The position numbers and the translations under genes are program-made. A stretch of 64,000 nt of DNA, from positions 62,001-126,000 of the forward strand of contig LSRY02000068.1 of assembly GCA_001643675.2 (NCBI GenBank), given 5' to 3'. Below are positions 45,135-58,199 of the stretch, one piece after another (the first letter of the stretch is position 1; every line of letters starts with the position of its first letter). The notes below the pieces were generated by a model. The model saw only the letters and a program-made list of their open reading frames with translations. It made no database searches and was not told the origin of the DNA. The DNA is from Monocercomonoides exilis PA203 (lineage: Eukaryota > Protista > Preaxostyla).

Positions 45135-48100
45135 TTAGCTATCCGATTGGACAGCTGTCATATCACTTTGTTTTTTCGCCTCCTCCTCGTTTTCCTCAAG
45201 TGGAAGAGACGAAGGGAAAAGACAATTTGCTTTCTCCTCAATTTTCTCTGTCATTCCAATTTCATTGAAGGTTGGATATCCCTCAAACACATTGTCATCA
45301 TCCAGATGCTCATTCAATGCTTCCCTTTCTTGCTCAAAGTGATTGAAACTGGCTGTGCTGCTGAAGCTGACTGACCGCTGGATGGAATGGTTAGCACTTG
45401 ATGAATTGGCGGTCATCTCTTTATGATGCTTTGCATCGGCATCATATTCAGGTGAGGTTGAGTGAGAGAAGTGATGTTTGTGGAATGAATTGCAATTGCT
45501 GAGATGAGGAGAGGAGGAAGAGGAAGATGAAGAAGGGTCTATAACAGGAGATGGTGGCTGAGATATCTGCCTGTCTATTGTTTTCCGTCCCACATTTGTG
45601 AAAGCAGAAGTTGAAGGAGGAGATGAAGAAGGGGAAGAAGTTTTGACTTGTGACTTATCACTTCGTAAATGGTAGATTTCCTCAGAAGTACTCATCCGAG
45701 AAAACAAAGGAAACGCATTATCAGGCTTTTCCTCATCTCCTTTCCATGATTCTGGCTGATATTGCTTTTCTTTTACAGCTCCATTCTTGGCTGAGTAAGT
45801 AGAAGAAGATGCCAATGTTGGTGTTTTTGAGGGAGTGGATGCTTCAAAACTTGCAGGCGAACCAGAAGCTGGCGGAGGCTGTGCCAATGCAACAAACTTC
45901 GGAGAAGAAAGAGGAGAATACTTTTTCAGTTCTCCAGAGCTGCTATTTTTAGTCCCATCGCTGTTATTTTTTCTGACTGCGAGGGAAGATTGGGAAGGAG
46001 GTGGGAGAGGAGGCTTTGGTGATGCAACAGCAGACATCTTTCTGGGGGCGATGATGAGCGACTGAGGGGGAGAGCGGATGAGAGTGGCAGGGACAGAATA
46101 CGAAGAGGAAGACACAGTTGGTGTTGGAGGAGACGAGTGTGCTATTCCTGATGTGTTTGATAGCATTGAATGATAATCAATATCGACTCCTCTCTCATTG
46201 TCAGATGGTGGAATAAGCAATGAGGATGATGAAATCTTCTTCAAAACAGGATATTGCAGGCTTTTCGAGTCTTCGTCCGGAGACTTCTCTTCCTCTTCGA
46301 TTGTTTTGACAGTGTCGCGTCTGAAAGTTGATGGCCCAATCAGCAGCATGTCATTCAAAGAACCAGAACGAGACGGTTTTCTGCTGTTTTCATTTTTGAG
46401 AGGCTTTGCAGCAAAAAGATGTGATTGGGAGTGGGATATATAGTCATTCACAGGCAAGAAAGGAACAGGGGGAGAAGAAGGGAGAGAAACTGTGGAAACA
46501 ACAGGTGTTTGAGGGTAAGAGGTGATCACAGGAGAGTCTGCTGAGAGGGGCTGCAGCATCGGCAGCACATCAGCCACAGGGATGGACATTGGGTCGAGTG
46601 GAAGCATATCTGGCGGGCAGGTCTTGCAAGGGGAAGAACAAGGAGGGAGATGAGTGTCTGGGGTGGAGGCGAACTGGCCAGCAGACTGATGGATCTGGGG
46701 GAGGGAAGGGTTGTGCTCGAAGGTGTCAGAGACCACATTCACAAAGGACACAGAGCGCTGGAAAGAGGGGTGGGTGGTGGAGGAGACGTTGGTGGCATTG
46801 AGGGAGGAGTGGCAGGAGGGGTGAGAGTGGAGCGAGTGGGAAGAAGGGAGAGTGCGAGCGATGGTTGGACTCTGAATGGAATGGGACGAGCGGCGGGAAG
46901 AGAAGGACACCACAGCATCGGGTGAGAAAGGCTGGTCAGCAAAGCTGGAGGATGCAACAAGAGGGACAACAGATCCTGTCTCCATCGCAGCCTCGCTTGA
47001 AGGGGTGGCTATTGGAGTGATCACCATAGAGGACATTGTTGATGGCTCAGGCAGCACAGCAATGACTGGAATGGTTGTGGTGACAGGAGAAGAGTAGAAT
47101 TCTGTGTCGATGAGAGCTGGCTGTGTGGCGTGGCGAGTGTGCTGAGAGAGGAACGAGGAGGAGTTTGAGGCTAAAGAGAAAGCAGATCCGGGGGATGGGA
47201 GAGGAACAGGGGTTGCTTGTGCTTCTGAATTTGAATGTCTACTTGCTGTTAATGTTGATGATGTTGAAGAAGAAGATGCTGATGATATTAACGAAGGTGT
47301 TGAGTCTTCGAGTGATGTTAGCTTTGCTTGCAGGACAGCAACATCAACAGCAGGTGAAAGAGGAGTCAGAGTGGGAGGAGGCACAGAAGAGAATGTTGGC
47401 AGTGTAATCTCTCTAATTGAAGGAGATCTCTGTGTCTTCTGTGATTGTGCATTGTTTGATATATCAGATGAGGTTGTTGAAAGGTTTGGTTGGATGTTTG
47501 AAGGAGAAGATGTTGGCAACACAGCAGCAGAAGAATGAGAGAGAGAAGAAGGATTTAAGACAGATGAAGATGGTGATGATGAAGAGATTGTTGATGATGG
47601 TGGTATATTTGTAATAAGACCAGTCTGAGAAGGCATAACAATCGACACAGCCTGAGGCTGCACAATCACAGGGTGGATGATAGAGGAAGAAGGCAGATGA
47701 GACGGAGACACTACAACAGCTGGGGGTGGAATAACCACAACAGAAGCAGCTGGCTGAGAAGGAGGCTGAGGGAGAGGAACAGCAGGGGGAGAGGCAGAGG
47801 AGGAAGGAGCGGGGGTGTTTGAAGGGTGTTGGCTGTTTGGATGCAGCTGAGCAGGTGTTGAAGCAGCAGATGTGGAAGGAGATTGAATGTGTGGAGGAGT
47901 GAGGATGGCTGTTGAAGCATTGGATATTCCCTTCCCACTCTCTCTTTCAGCACTTTCATGTCTTTCTTGTCTTTCATGTCTCTCTCCTTTTGTTGTATTC
48001 TCCTCTTTTCCAACAGCACGTGACTGCTCAGGATTGGTCTTCACGCTCTTAACAGTCCGCAAGGGAGCAGGTGAGGCAGCAGTGGATGATGCATTTGAGT

Positions 48101-51100
48101 GTGTGGATTGAGGAGCAATGAGAGGAGCAGAAGAAAAAGGAGAGTGTTTAGCTGTCTGAGGAGTGGGGGCATTGGAGGAGGAAGAGGAAGAAGAGGAGAT
48201 GTCTTTGCGGATGACAGAGGCAGAGGCTGTGATGGAGGCAAAAGGGAATGGATTGGAAGAAGGAGGAGAGAGAGGAATGGAAGGTTGTGTGGGTGCTGTA
48301 GATGAGGAGGGTGAGGGAAGAGATGAAGACAATGGAGTTGGATTCTGTGCTTTTGAGGAAGAAATTGAAGAAGAAGAAGACGAGGAGGATGAAGTTGATG
48401 ATGATGACGCAACTGAAGAAGAAATATTCTTGTTGTCCTGTGAAGGAGAAGGAGAAGGAGCCATTGGAGATGATGTGGCTGAGTTGATAGCAGAAGTGAT
48501 GGCAGAAGCTGTGCTTGACTGTGAAGGAGGAGATGAAGAAGTTTGAGAGAGAGAAGGATGAGTGGACGATGATAATGTTGTTGTGGTTGAGACAGGATGT
48601 TTGGAAGGTGTGGCTGATGATGAAGGCAAAGAAGATGAAGAGGAGGAAACAGAAGAAGCAGAAGCAGAAGAAGCAACAATAGAGCAATCAGCAGCTGATG
48701 ACGATGCACTTAATGTGATTGGATGAGCAGAAGGAGATGAAGGCAAGTCGATGCTGGTGACTGTGTCAGGGTCAGGAAGAGAGAGAGGAGGGATGGCAGA
48801 AGAAGAAGGGGCTGTGTCTGGAATGGCTGAAGGGTGGGCGAGTGAGGTGGAAGAAGGGATGTTGAGAGGGAGGGTGTGTGGCTGGGCAGATAGAGAAGAG
48901 GAAGAGGAGGAGTCTGAAGAGAGAGATGAAGAAGAAGATGAAGAGGAAGTTATTGGCATAGCAACAGGAATGGATATAGCCATAGCAGAGTGAGTGTGCT
49001 GAGGGAGAGAGAATGTGATGGAAGGAGAGAGAGAGAGAGATGACTGGTGGTGTTGTGGATGAGAGTGAAGAGGGGGAACATCAGAAGAAGAGGAAGATGA
49101 AGAAGAGGAAGAAGAGGAGGAAGGAGAAGATGAAATTGAAGAAGGAAGGAGAGGAGAAGGTTCGTCTTTGAGAGAAGGATAAAGCAGCTGTCCAGACAGA
49201 ATAGAAGAACAATTGGCATTTGCAGAAGAAGAAGCAGAAGAAGAAGAAGAAGATGCTGCTGCTGCTGATGATGATATTTCATTGTGTTTGTTGTTTGTTC
49301 CTGTTATCGGAGCAGAAGCCATAGGAGAAGAGGTGATGATGATGGGAGGGGGCATAGAAGAGAGAGAAGAGATGGTGGAGAGACTGTCATTGGGCAGCAT
49401 GTGGATATCCTTTGTGGATGGCAATGAAACATCAGACAGTCTCGAAAGGGAAGAGGTGATGCCATCTGAGGAAGAGGATGGAGAACGCATCAGCTGGCGA
49501 CGAGGGGGAGGAGGAGAGGAAGAGGAAGAGGAGGAGGAAGAAGACGGGGAAGAGGAAGAAGTAGATGATGATGACATAGCTGATGTTGTGGTTGTTATAG
49601 TAGTGGTGACTGTGGTTGTTGTGGCTGTTGTGAGAGAAGAAGAAGTGGAAGAGGCAAAGAGAGGGCGGATGTCAGGCACAGCATCGTCAGAGGAAGGATT
49701 CAGCAGAAGAGGAGGAGCAAACCTTCCATTGGAATTGTTCTGTTCTTCTTTCATGAGAAAGAGTGAAGGATCGTCTTGTGTGATGGTGGAGATAGTTTCG
49801 AGTGAGGCAGTGGATGTGACAGAAGCAGGAGAAGGCACAAAAAGAGGAGAGCTGTCAGCAGAAGGAAGAAGAGCATCTATTGTGTGAGGAGGAGATGAGG
49901 AGGAGGAAGAGGAAGAGGAAGAAGAAGGGGTGTTATTGTTGTGGTTGTTGTGGTTGTTGATGTTGTTGATGTTGATGGAAGAGGATAATGGAGAAGATAA
50001 GGGAGAGGAAGAGGAAGAGGAGGAAGTAGAGGAAGGAGAAGAAGAAGATGGGGAAGAAGAAGAAAGAAGAATTGGCTTGTCCATTTGTGGTTTGAGGGGA
50101 ACAAGTTTTGGTTGTGAAAAACAAACAGAAGATAAACGAGAAGAAGAAGATGAAGAGGTAGGGGAGGAAGAAGAAGATGTAGATGATGATGAAGCAGTTG
50201 AAGAGAAAGTGGCTGATAATGAAGCAGAAGAAGCTACATGAGAAGTAAGAGGAGACTGATTAAGCAGAATGGAGGAGTTCGAAGGCGACACGAATGAGCG
50301 AGAAGGTTGTATTTCTGTTGGCACATAGCATTTTGAGTGGGCAGGCAAAGAGGCAATGGAAGTTGGAGTGGAGAGCACTTTCTTCATTCTGTTGGGAGAA
50401 AAACGATCAAATGACTTGAAGCGGTCGATGCTGCGGAAGTAGAAAGAAGAGTCCTTCTCGCCACGGGGTGTGCAGTAGGCAGCGAAGGAGAGGGGGGTGG
50501 GTGCTTCTACCGGTGCTATCTCAGTCAAGTTGTGATGATGATGATGATGATGATGAGAGTGTGTGTGTGTGCGAGTGGATTGATGGCTGCGTTGACTGTG
50601 ATGATGAGTGCGATGGCTGTGCTTGCTGTGCTTTCTCTGTGGAGAACGGGGTGAACGAGGAGAACGGGGTGAACGAGGAGAACGAGGAGAACGAGGAGAA
50701 CGAGGAGAACGAGGAGAACGAGGAGAACGAGGAGAACGAGGAGAACGAGGAGAACGAGGAGAACGAGGAGAACGAGGAGAACGAGGAGAACGAGGAGAAC
50801 GAGGAGAACGAGGTGTGATTGGAGTGAGAGGAGTGCGATGTTTGTGATGGTGATGATGATGATGATTGTGGCGATGATGATGACTTCGTGTTTTTGAGCT
50901 GTTCAGACTTGCTCTGCTGACACAGCTGGCATCACTTGCATTGCTGTGGGTGCTGTTTGTGCTGTTGTGTGTGCGTAGCATATGAACTGGTGTTCCTCCA
51001 TTGAAATAAACGCTGTTATTATTATTGTTATTTGTATTGAAAGAAGATGATGCTGACGATTGAGATGCATTTGAGAGTGGCTGAAGGAGAGGCACCTGAT

Positions 51101-54100
51101 GGAATGTGACTGAAGAGACCTTCTCAACAGATGGCTGGGTGTGGTGATGGGAGAAGAAGAGAGAGGAAGAAGAGGAGGAGGAGGAAGAGGAGGAGGAGGA
51201 AGAAGAAGAAGAAGATGATGATGATGATGAAGTTAGAATGATGTGTGCTTTGTCTATTTCAGAAGAGAGGGAGTTTGAGCGTTGGATGCTGCTGCCATAC
51301 AATGGAGAATATGCGAATGTTAATGTTGGATGAGAACAAGACTCATAAAGTGTCTTTGAGGAAAGAAGAGAAGGGGCATGTGATTGAAGGGTAGAAGAAG
51401 AAGAGGAAGAGGAAGAGGAAGAGGAAGAGGAAGAGGAAGAGGAAGAAGAAGATGATGATGGAGACAATGGTACAGGTGATGAAGACAATACAACTGTTTC
51501 TTTTTCTCTTCTTTCTGAAGAAGAAGAAGAAAGATGAGGATTAGAAGAAAGAAGAATATTCATCTGATTCGAAGCAATTGAAGTTGCAGTGTTGTTCCAG
51601 TTTGCATTCATCGTCTTTCCTTTGATTGAGTTGTGTCTTCTTTTTGTGTCATTTTGTTGAGAAAGAGAAGAAGAAGAAGAAGAAGAAGGGGTTGGATTGT
51701 TGCAGAGGAAGACATATGAAGATGAAGCAGAAGAAGAAGGAGAGGAAGAAGAGGAAGATGAAGGAGTTATGGAAGAAGCAGAAGGAGAAGAGGAAGAAGA
51801 GGAAGAGGCAGAAGGAGGTGGTGAAACAGATGTTGATGATGTTGTTGATGATGATGAAGATGATGCATGTGACTGATAACATTTGAAGTTCGACACAGAG
51901 TGAGAGTGATGTTCATTGATCATGTCTGCATTGCCAGGGGTGTAGAAGAGAGAGTGGCTGGAAAGAGGTGTGAAGAAGGAGCCCAACAACAGCTGTTTGT
52001 GTGTGCGTGTAGCGTCTTCGCTGTGAGAGGCGCCGATGGGAGTGGGTGGATGAAGAGACAGAATATCAGCAGTGGGGAAGACGGAGGTGTTGATGATGGG
52101 GTGGTGAGAGGAGGAAGAGGAAGATGAAGAGGAAGAAGAGGAGGAGGAGGAGGAAGATAAAGAAGAAGTGGAAGATGATGGGAATAAAGAAGGGAAGGCA
52201 AGAGATGAGGCATCTGAAGTAGAAGAAGAAGAAGAAGAAGAAGAAGAAGAAGGGACTAAAGAAGAAACCTGTTGAGGCACAGGAGTCAAAGTGCACACAC
52301 TCACAGAAGAAGAAGAGGAGGAAGAGGAGGAAGAAGAGGAAGATGTTGATAATTCATTTCCTTTTGTTGTCGAAGTAGAATGAAGATCATAACCATCCAA
52401 AGAAGGAGGAGAAGGAGAATGAGAAGAAGAAGAAGAAGAAATAGAAGAAGAAGGTGTCTGTGTGTATGAAAGATAAGCCTTGCAGACAAAGCACGTGGGG
52501 GAGTCGAGGAAGAAAGAGAGGAAAGCATTGAAAGAAGAGAAGGTTCGAATGGCTGGCTTGATCACTGGCTTAGAGGGAGAACGGAAGGAGTTGGTGGGCT
52601 GTGGGCGAGAAATGGGAGAGGAAGAGGAGGAGGAGGATGAAGAAGAGGAAGAGGGAGAAGATGATGATGAAGTGGCTGTTGTGGATGAAGAAGAAGATGA
52701 TGGAGGTGGTGGAGAAGATGATGAAGATGGAGAAGAAGAACGAAGAGCTTGCTGTTGTGTCGTGTTGAGCTGAGCAAGAGGCAGAGTGTCTGTGTCAGTG
52801 AAGGGAAGAGCAGGAGAAGGAGGATTGCGTGACTTGAATGGCTGTGAAGTTGATTGGGGCATATGATGAAATGAGTGGGTGGGTGAAAGAGAAGAAGAAG
52901 AGGAGGAGGAAGAAGAAGAATAAGAAGAAGAAGAAGATGATGATGATGAAGATGATGAAGAGAACACAGGAGCATGCAAGTATTGAGGTGATGTTGAATA
53001 TCCTCCGATTTGGCTGTTGGAGTGGGAAAGAGACTTGTGGTGAGGGGGCAGCACAGAAAGAGAGGCAGAGAAAGAATGAGAGCGTCTGGGGATGGTTGGA
53101 GAAGGAGAAGGCGCATCACTCACGAGACACACAACAGCCACGCCGTGTCTGGGGCAGCTGAGGTCGATGGAGAGCTGAGAGGGGCTGCGGGGGAACTGGA
53201 GGAAGGAGGAGGAGGAGATGGAGGAGGGGGACGGGGAAGAAGAAGAGGGTGAAGAAGAGGAAGAAGAAGAAGAAGAAATAGAAGATGAGGGGGAAGAGGA
53301 AGAAGAGGAGGAGGAAGAAGAAGAAGAAGAGATTGAATTTGTTGGTTTTGGAGAAGAAGGAGCAACCAGTGGCTGTATGAATGGGGGAGGGTAGAATGCA
53401 TATCCCGACACAGCGTCTGGAGAGTGGTGCATCAGATGAGAGGGAGACAAACGGGGTGATGTTTTGAGGTCTAATGAGTGGAAGTACTGTTGTGCCTGCT
53501 GAGTGCTGAGAGCAAGGCCACTGGGCTTGCCATTCTCTGCATGGAACATCATCTGTGAATATGCATCTTTTTGATGGGGTTGAATGTAATGAGCATCTTG
53601 TCTGTCTGTTCTCTCAATTCTCTCTGCTTTCTCGTGTTTATCTCTTCCCTCTTCTCTTGCCTGCTCCTCCTCCACTTCGTGTATGATGGATGGATCCGGA
53701 GTGAATGGGTGTTGGTAGGAGGAGGAGTGCATGAGGGGGCGGCGGGGCACGTAAAGAGGGTTTCTTTGGAAGGAGAAGGGGGAGAAGCTCAAAGGAGATA
53801 TGACACGGGAGAGGAGACGAGGCTGGAGAGGGGTGGGGGCAGGGGAGAGGGAGAGGGCAGAGGAGAAGGAGGAGGACAGAGAACGAGAGGGAGAGATGTG
53901 AGTGGAGAAGAGAGAGTGTTCAGCATATGGCGGAGGGGTGGTGATGAGGGAGATGGCAGATGACTGAGGAGGAAGAGAAGGAAGAGAGGGAACGAAAGGC
54001 TGAGTGGAAGTGGTATCTTCATTGGGCTTTTGAGGAACAATAGAGATTTCTTTATCTGTTTGTTTAATTGTGTCTGATGATGATGATGTTACTGTTGTTG

Positions 54101-57100
54101 TTGTGGATGAATTAGAAGCAGTTTCTTCAGGTTGCACTTTGAGGGGTTCAGGAATGACTGTCTGTTCTGTGAAGCTTGGCTGTATCAACAGCTGGGTTTG
54201 GTTATGCTTTTGTTGGGAATCTGAAGTTGAAGAAGAGGAAGAGGAAGAGGAAGAAGAAGAAGAGGAAGAAGATGATGATGATGAAGCAGGTGTTGAAGTC
54301 AATGCCATCCACTCTGCACTTGCCTGTTTCATATGACTTTGAATGAGCTTTTCATTTTCAGCCATTTTTGCATTTTCATCCTTTTCAATATCTTTCAGCT
54401 CGGATTTATCTTTTCCTTCCTCTTTCTTCTCTTCCTTCTTCTCTTCCTTCTTCTCGTTCTTCCCCTCTGCATCACTCACACCCACACTCATCCCACTCTT
54501 AGTCACACGCGGTGCAGTTGAGTGAGCAGCAGGAGAGACAGAAGAAGAAGAAGAAGAAGCCAATGCCACCCCTTTGAAGTGTGCCTCACACAAATCCAGC
54601 ACATCAAAGAAAGACCCTTCCTTCTCCCTCACAAACGCCTCAAACAATCGCAGCTGCCTCGCAAAGTTCTCATTCGGCCTTGCCAGCCTCCTTCGATGCT
54701 GCACAAACTCCAGCGTCTCCTCAAACCCTGTGCGGTGGAGCAGCATCAGATACGCCACCACCACCGATGCTGAGCGGGATATGCCCTGCTGGCAGTGCAC
54801 CAACACTTTCTTCTGTGTCGTCACAATCGCTGTGTGGATGAAGCGCAATGCCTCACACAGACCAGAGAGAAGATTCGCATCGTGTGTGTCTTCAATACAC
54901 ATGCGGTGGTAGCTCAGTGGCGCTCGCTCTTCTTTCAGTGCCAGCAGCCTCCCTGTTGTCAGCAGCTGCTTCTGCTTCAGCTGGAACTGTCCCATCATCC
55001 GCCTTCTGCGCAGCTCTGAGAGTGACACGCCTTCTCTTGCTCCTTCTGACTCTTCGGACTCTTCTGATTCATTTGATTCATCGGATCCATCGGATTCATC
55101 GGATTCTTCAGACACTTCAGAATGGACTGGCTCATCGGATGCTTCGCTTTCTGTTTCAGCTTCGGAGTCAGAAAAGGATGAAGAGCATAGTGATGATGAT
55201 GATGATAGAGATGAAGCAGAAGAGGAAGATGTTAATGATGAGTTCCCATCATCTGTGCCTTCTTCTACTTCTTCCTCCTCTTTTATTTTCTCCATTCTCA
55301 CAACTTTCTTCAAAGTACCTTCTTCTTTGTCCACACACATCTTTCCTTCAATATCCTCCTCCTCATCCGCTTTCACTCCTTTGAATCCGAATTGATCTTC
55401 CTCACTCTGCTTGAACATGACATGTGCATGCTTCCCTTTCTCCTTCCCCTCCATTGCATTGCCTTCAGACGCAACAAAGTCACATCTGCCTGTGAGTGTG
55501 TCCCCTGTGAAATTAGCACTCCCTTCTCTTCCTCTTTCTTCATCATTAACATTATCATTATTATCATTCTCGTTATCAACAGAAGCAGCAGCAGCAGCAG
55601 TAACAACGACAACAACAGAATTGCCTTGTATCTCCTCTCTTTCCTTCACATCTGCTTCCAATTTGACTGCCCGCTGTGTCTCAACAGGTGTCGAGCACAC
55701 AGAATCCACCAGAGGATCTTCAGAATATGACATCAGCACAGATTGCTCACTCATCTCTGAGGGAAACTCAATCGCAGTCTTTTTGCCACCAATTGTGGAG
55801 GAGCCAATGAACGATGCTGAAATGCTGCCTGTGTGTTCGTCTGCTTTGGATGAATGGGGAAGAAGGGAGTCGTTCTGGTTGCTCCGGATGATTGTGAAGT
55901 GCGTGCTTGATGAGACAGACGTTGGGGATGAGATGCGAATAGAGAGCTCATCGTCGTTGCTCCCGTCTTTTGCACTGCCTGCGATGTTCTCAGACGATGT
56001 TGTGGGTTCCAAACACGAAAGAGGAGAGACTGACTGTTCTGTGAGAATTGCCTCTGTCACAACTGAAATCTCGTCTGTGTCGTCTTTTCTGGATTCCCCT
56101 TCTTTCAATGAATTTTCTGAGCAAATGGATTTTTCTGTGATTTCTTTCTTTTCGTCTGTGAGTTCATCGGGTTTGAGATTGTCACAAAAAAACTTGACGT
56201 TTCTTTCGTTTGTATTGTTTGTGTTTTTGATGTCACAGTCAATTGCTTCGTTGCTGCTGAGTACTTTCACAATGTTTCTTCCTCCTTCATTTCCGATCAT
56301 TACATCATTTCCTCTTTTCTTCTGCCCATCATTTGCATTGAATTCACCACCATCATCGAACTGCCGAATCACAACTTGTGGCATTTCTGTCTCATTCTCC
56401 TTCGCTCCGAGTGTCCGTGGGTGGATGGGCGTGTTGCACGACCGGTCAAAAAGCACTTCCTTTCCAGTCTGTTCATTTGAGCTTCTGTTGCGCCATGTAA
56501 CATTTCCATTGCTGCCTCCCTTCAGAGTATCCCATTCGTCCTCCTTCTTTTGCAATCCTCTTTTTCCTCCTTCTGAAAATCCCTTCTCTTTCTCTCCTCC
56601 TTTCCCATCTGCTCTTTTGCTCCTTTTCTGCCCATTCTCCTTCTCTTCATCGTCTGTGAAACCTTCACTCGAATCCAACAAAGAGCTCAAATGGCTCTCT
56701 CCAAACGACTCTACAGAAGAAGACCCGCTCACGCTACTGCCATTCGTCGAGTTTGGTGTGGCTGAAAGAGGAGGCGGGAGTGTTGGAGATCCGTCGTTCT
56801 CTGCCCTGCGATCAATGAAAATGACATCGTTTCCTCTGGTTGGCTCATAATTGAAAGAAGAAGATGAAGAAGAAGATGATGATGATGAAGGATGAAACGA
56901 AGAGAATGGAGCAACAGTTGACTTTCCGATGGACGAGCCGAGCTTTTGTGTTGAGTTTCTCCGGCTGTGGCGCAAAGCAGGCAGAATCATCTGAGCCGGA
57001 GAGTGTTGCATAAATGAAGAAGAGAAAGACGGGGAAGGAGACAGGAACGTTGGCTGAGGGGTCTGGTGTTGAGGAGAACTTCCGTCTTCAGATGAGATTG

Positions 57101-57934
57101 AAACAGTAGATGCTTCGCACGAAAACGGATCCTGATTGAAGGAGGATGCAACGTGAAACGAAGCTACGGATGATTCGCTGTGTATGTACTCTGGAAACTC
57201 GGAAAACGCACTAACTAGAGACAAATTCCCATAGCTACTCATTGTGCTAGAATCATCATCGTCAACGTCGTTATCTTCTTCTGTATCGCAATGACACCAA
57301 AATTCATCTTTGGCACGAAGAGCTGCTTCTGATTCGTCAAATTGAAAATAGTTTGGAATCTTAAAAATACAATAATATTGATATTATCCATTAAATTAAA
57401 TTCAAAAAAATATCAAAAAAAACTCAAACATCATTCGTGCAATTTACAATATGGCCGATAGATAAATTTGTTAGCCCAACGTAGTTCATTGCAGGAAATC
57501 TTCCAGAAATGAATAAGTCACACGTTATTTCTGTGTTAAAAAAAGTTAACAAAAAATATATAACATTCGAAAAATAGCAAACGAGTTGGATGCTGCGATA
57601 ATGCATTGGTTTCATCTTCCTTTCCACAAGTGCAAAGAAAAGGGTATTCGCGATGAAAATCATCAAATGGAACGTGCACAACAAAATCAATGTTTGGTTG
57701 TGATTTCACCTTATCTGTAAGATTTTGTGACGGAGGAGACCCTTCAAAGCATAGAACAATTTTGGACATCACTTTCATATTCTTAAGTTGGTCAATTGAA
57801 TCTGGTGCGAGATTTTTTGCAGTTTGGATATGACTTTTCATGAACTGTTCAGGACTTCGTAAGTCAATGATTGTCGACTCGCATTCCACAATGACATTGT
57901 AAAGATCGATGATGTCCAGCCGTTGTTCCGTCAT
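45135..57934 (-). CDS. ~4225-aa rhodanese + dual-specificity phosphatase (MAP kinase phosphatase-like), 3 exons
   Basis: Exons 57934-57583, 57530-57430 and 57359-45135 (introns GTTTGC..CAG and GTTTGA..AAG, in phase). Rhodanese motifs [15 protein letters not shown]...[12 protein letters not shown]; DSP start [13 protein letters not shown]...IGHIVNCT; catalytic [21 protein letters not shown]...[11 protein letters not shown]. Confidence 0.9.
50640..50813 (-). repeat. 9-bp coding minisatellite encoding about 19 x Arg-Ser-Pro
   Basis: Plus-strand (gaacgagga)n, nearly perfect, in frame within the phosphatase and flanked by His-rich tracts. Confidence 0.95.
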
Positions 57935-58199
57935 TATGCGACGTTAATCTCTGTAAAGGTCAAGAAAGGAAGAACGTGGTGAAAATAATAAAAATTATTC
58001 TTCAATTGTATTTCTGATCAATGTTTTATTGGTTATAATTTTTGTTTGAAAATGAATACCACAAATTTCAAAAATTAATTGAAAAATTGAATGTATCTGT
58101 GTATTGGTGTTAAATGAGGAATAAAAAAAATGCCCACGTTCTCAGAAATGAAAGTGAATGTGTGTTGCAAATCAGGTTCTTCGCCTCAGATGCGTAAAA

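Noticed and set aside
50640-50813. Regular repeat as a CRISPR array or collagen-like (GER)n ORF on the plus strand
   Set aside because: There are no spacers, and it is a simple 9-bp tandem repeat. The GER and ENE readings are antisense shadows of the minus-strand phosphatase.
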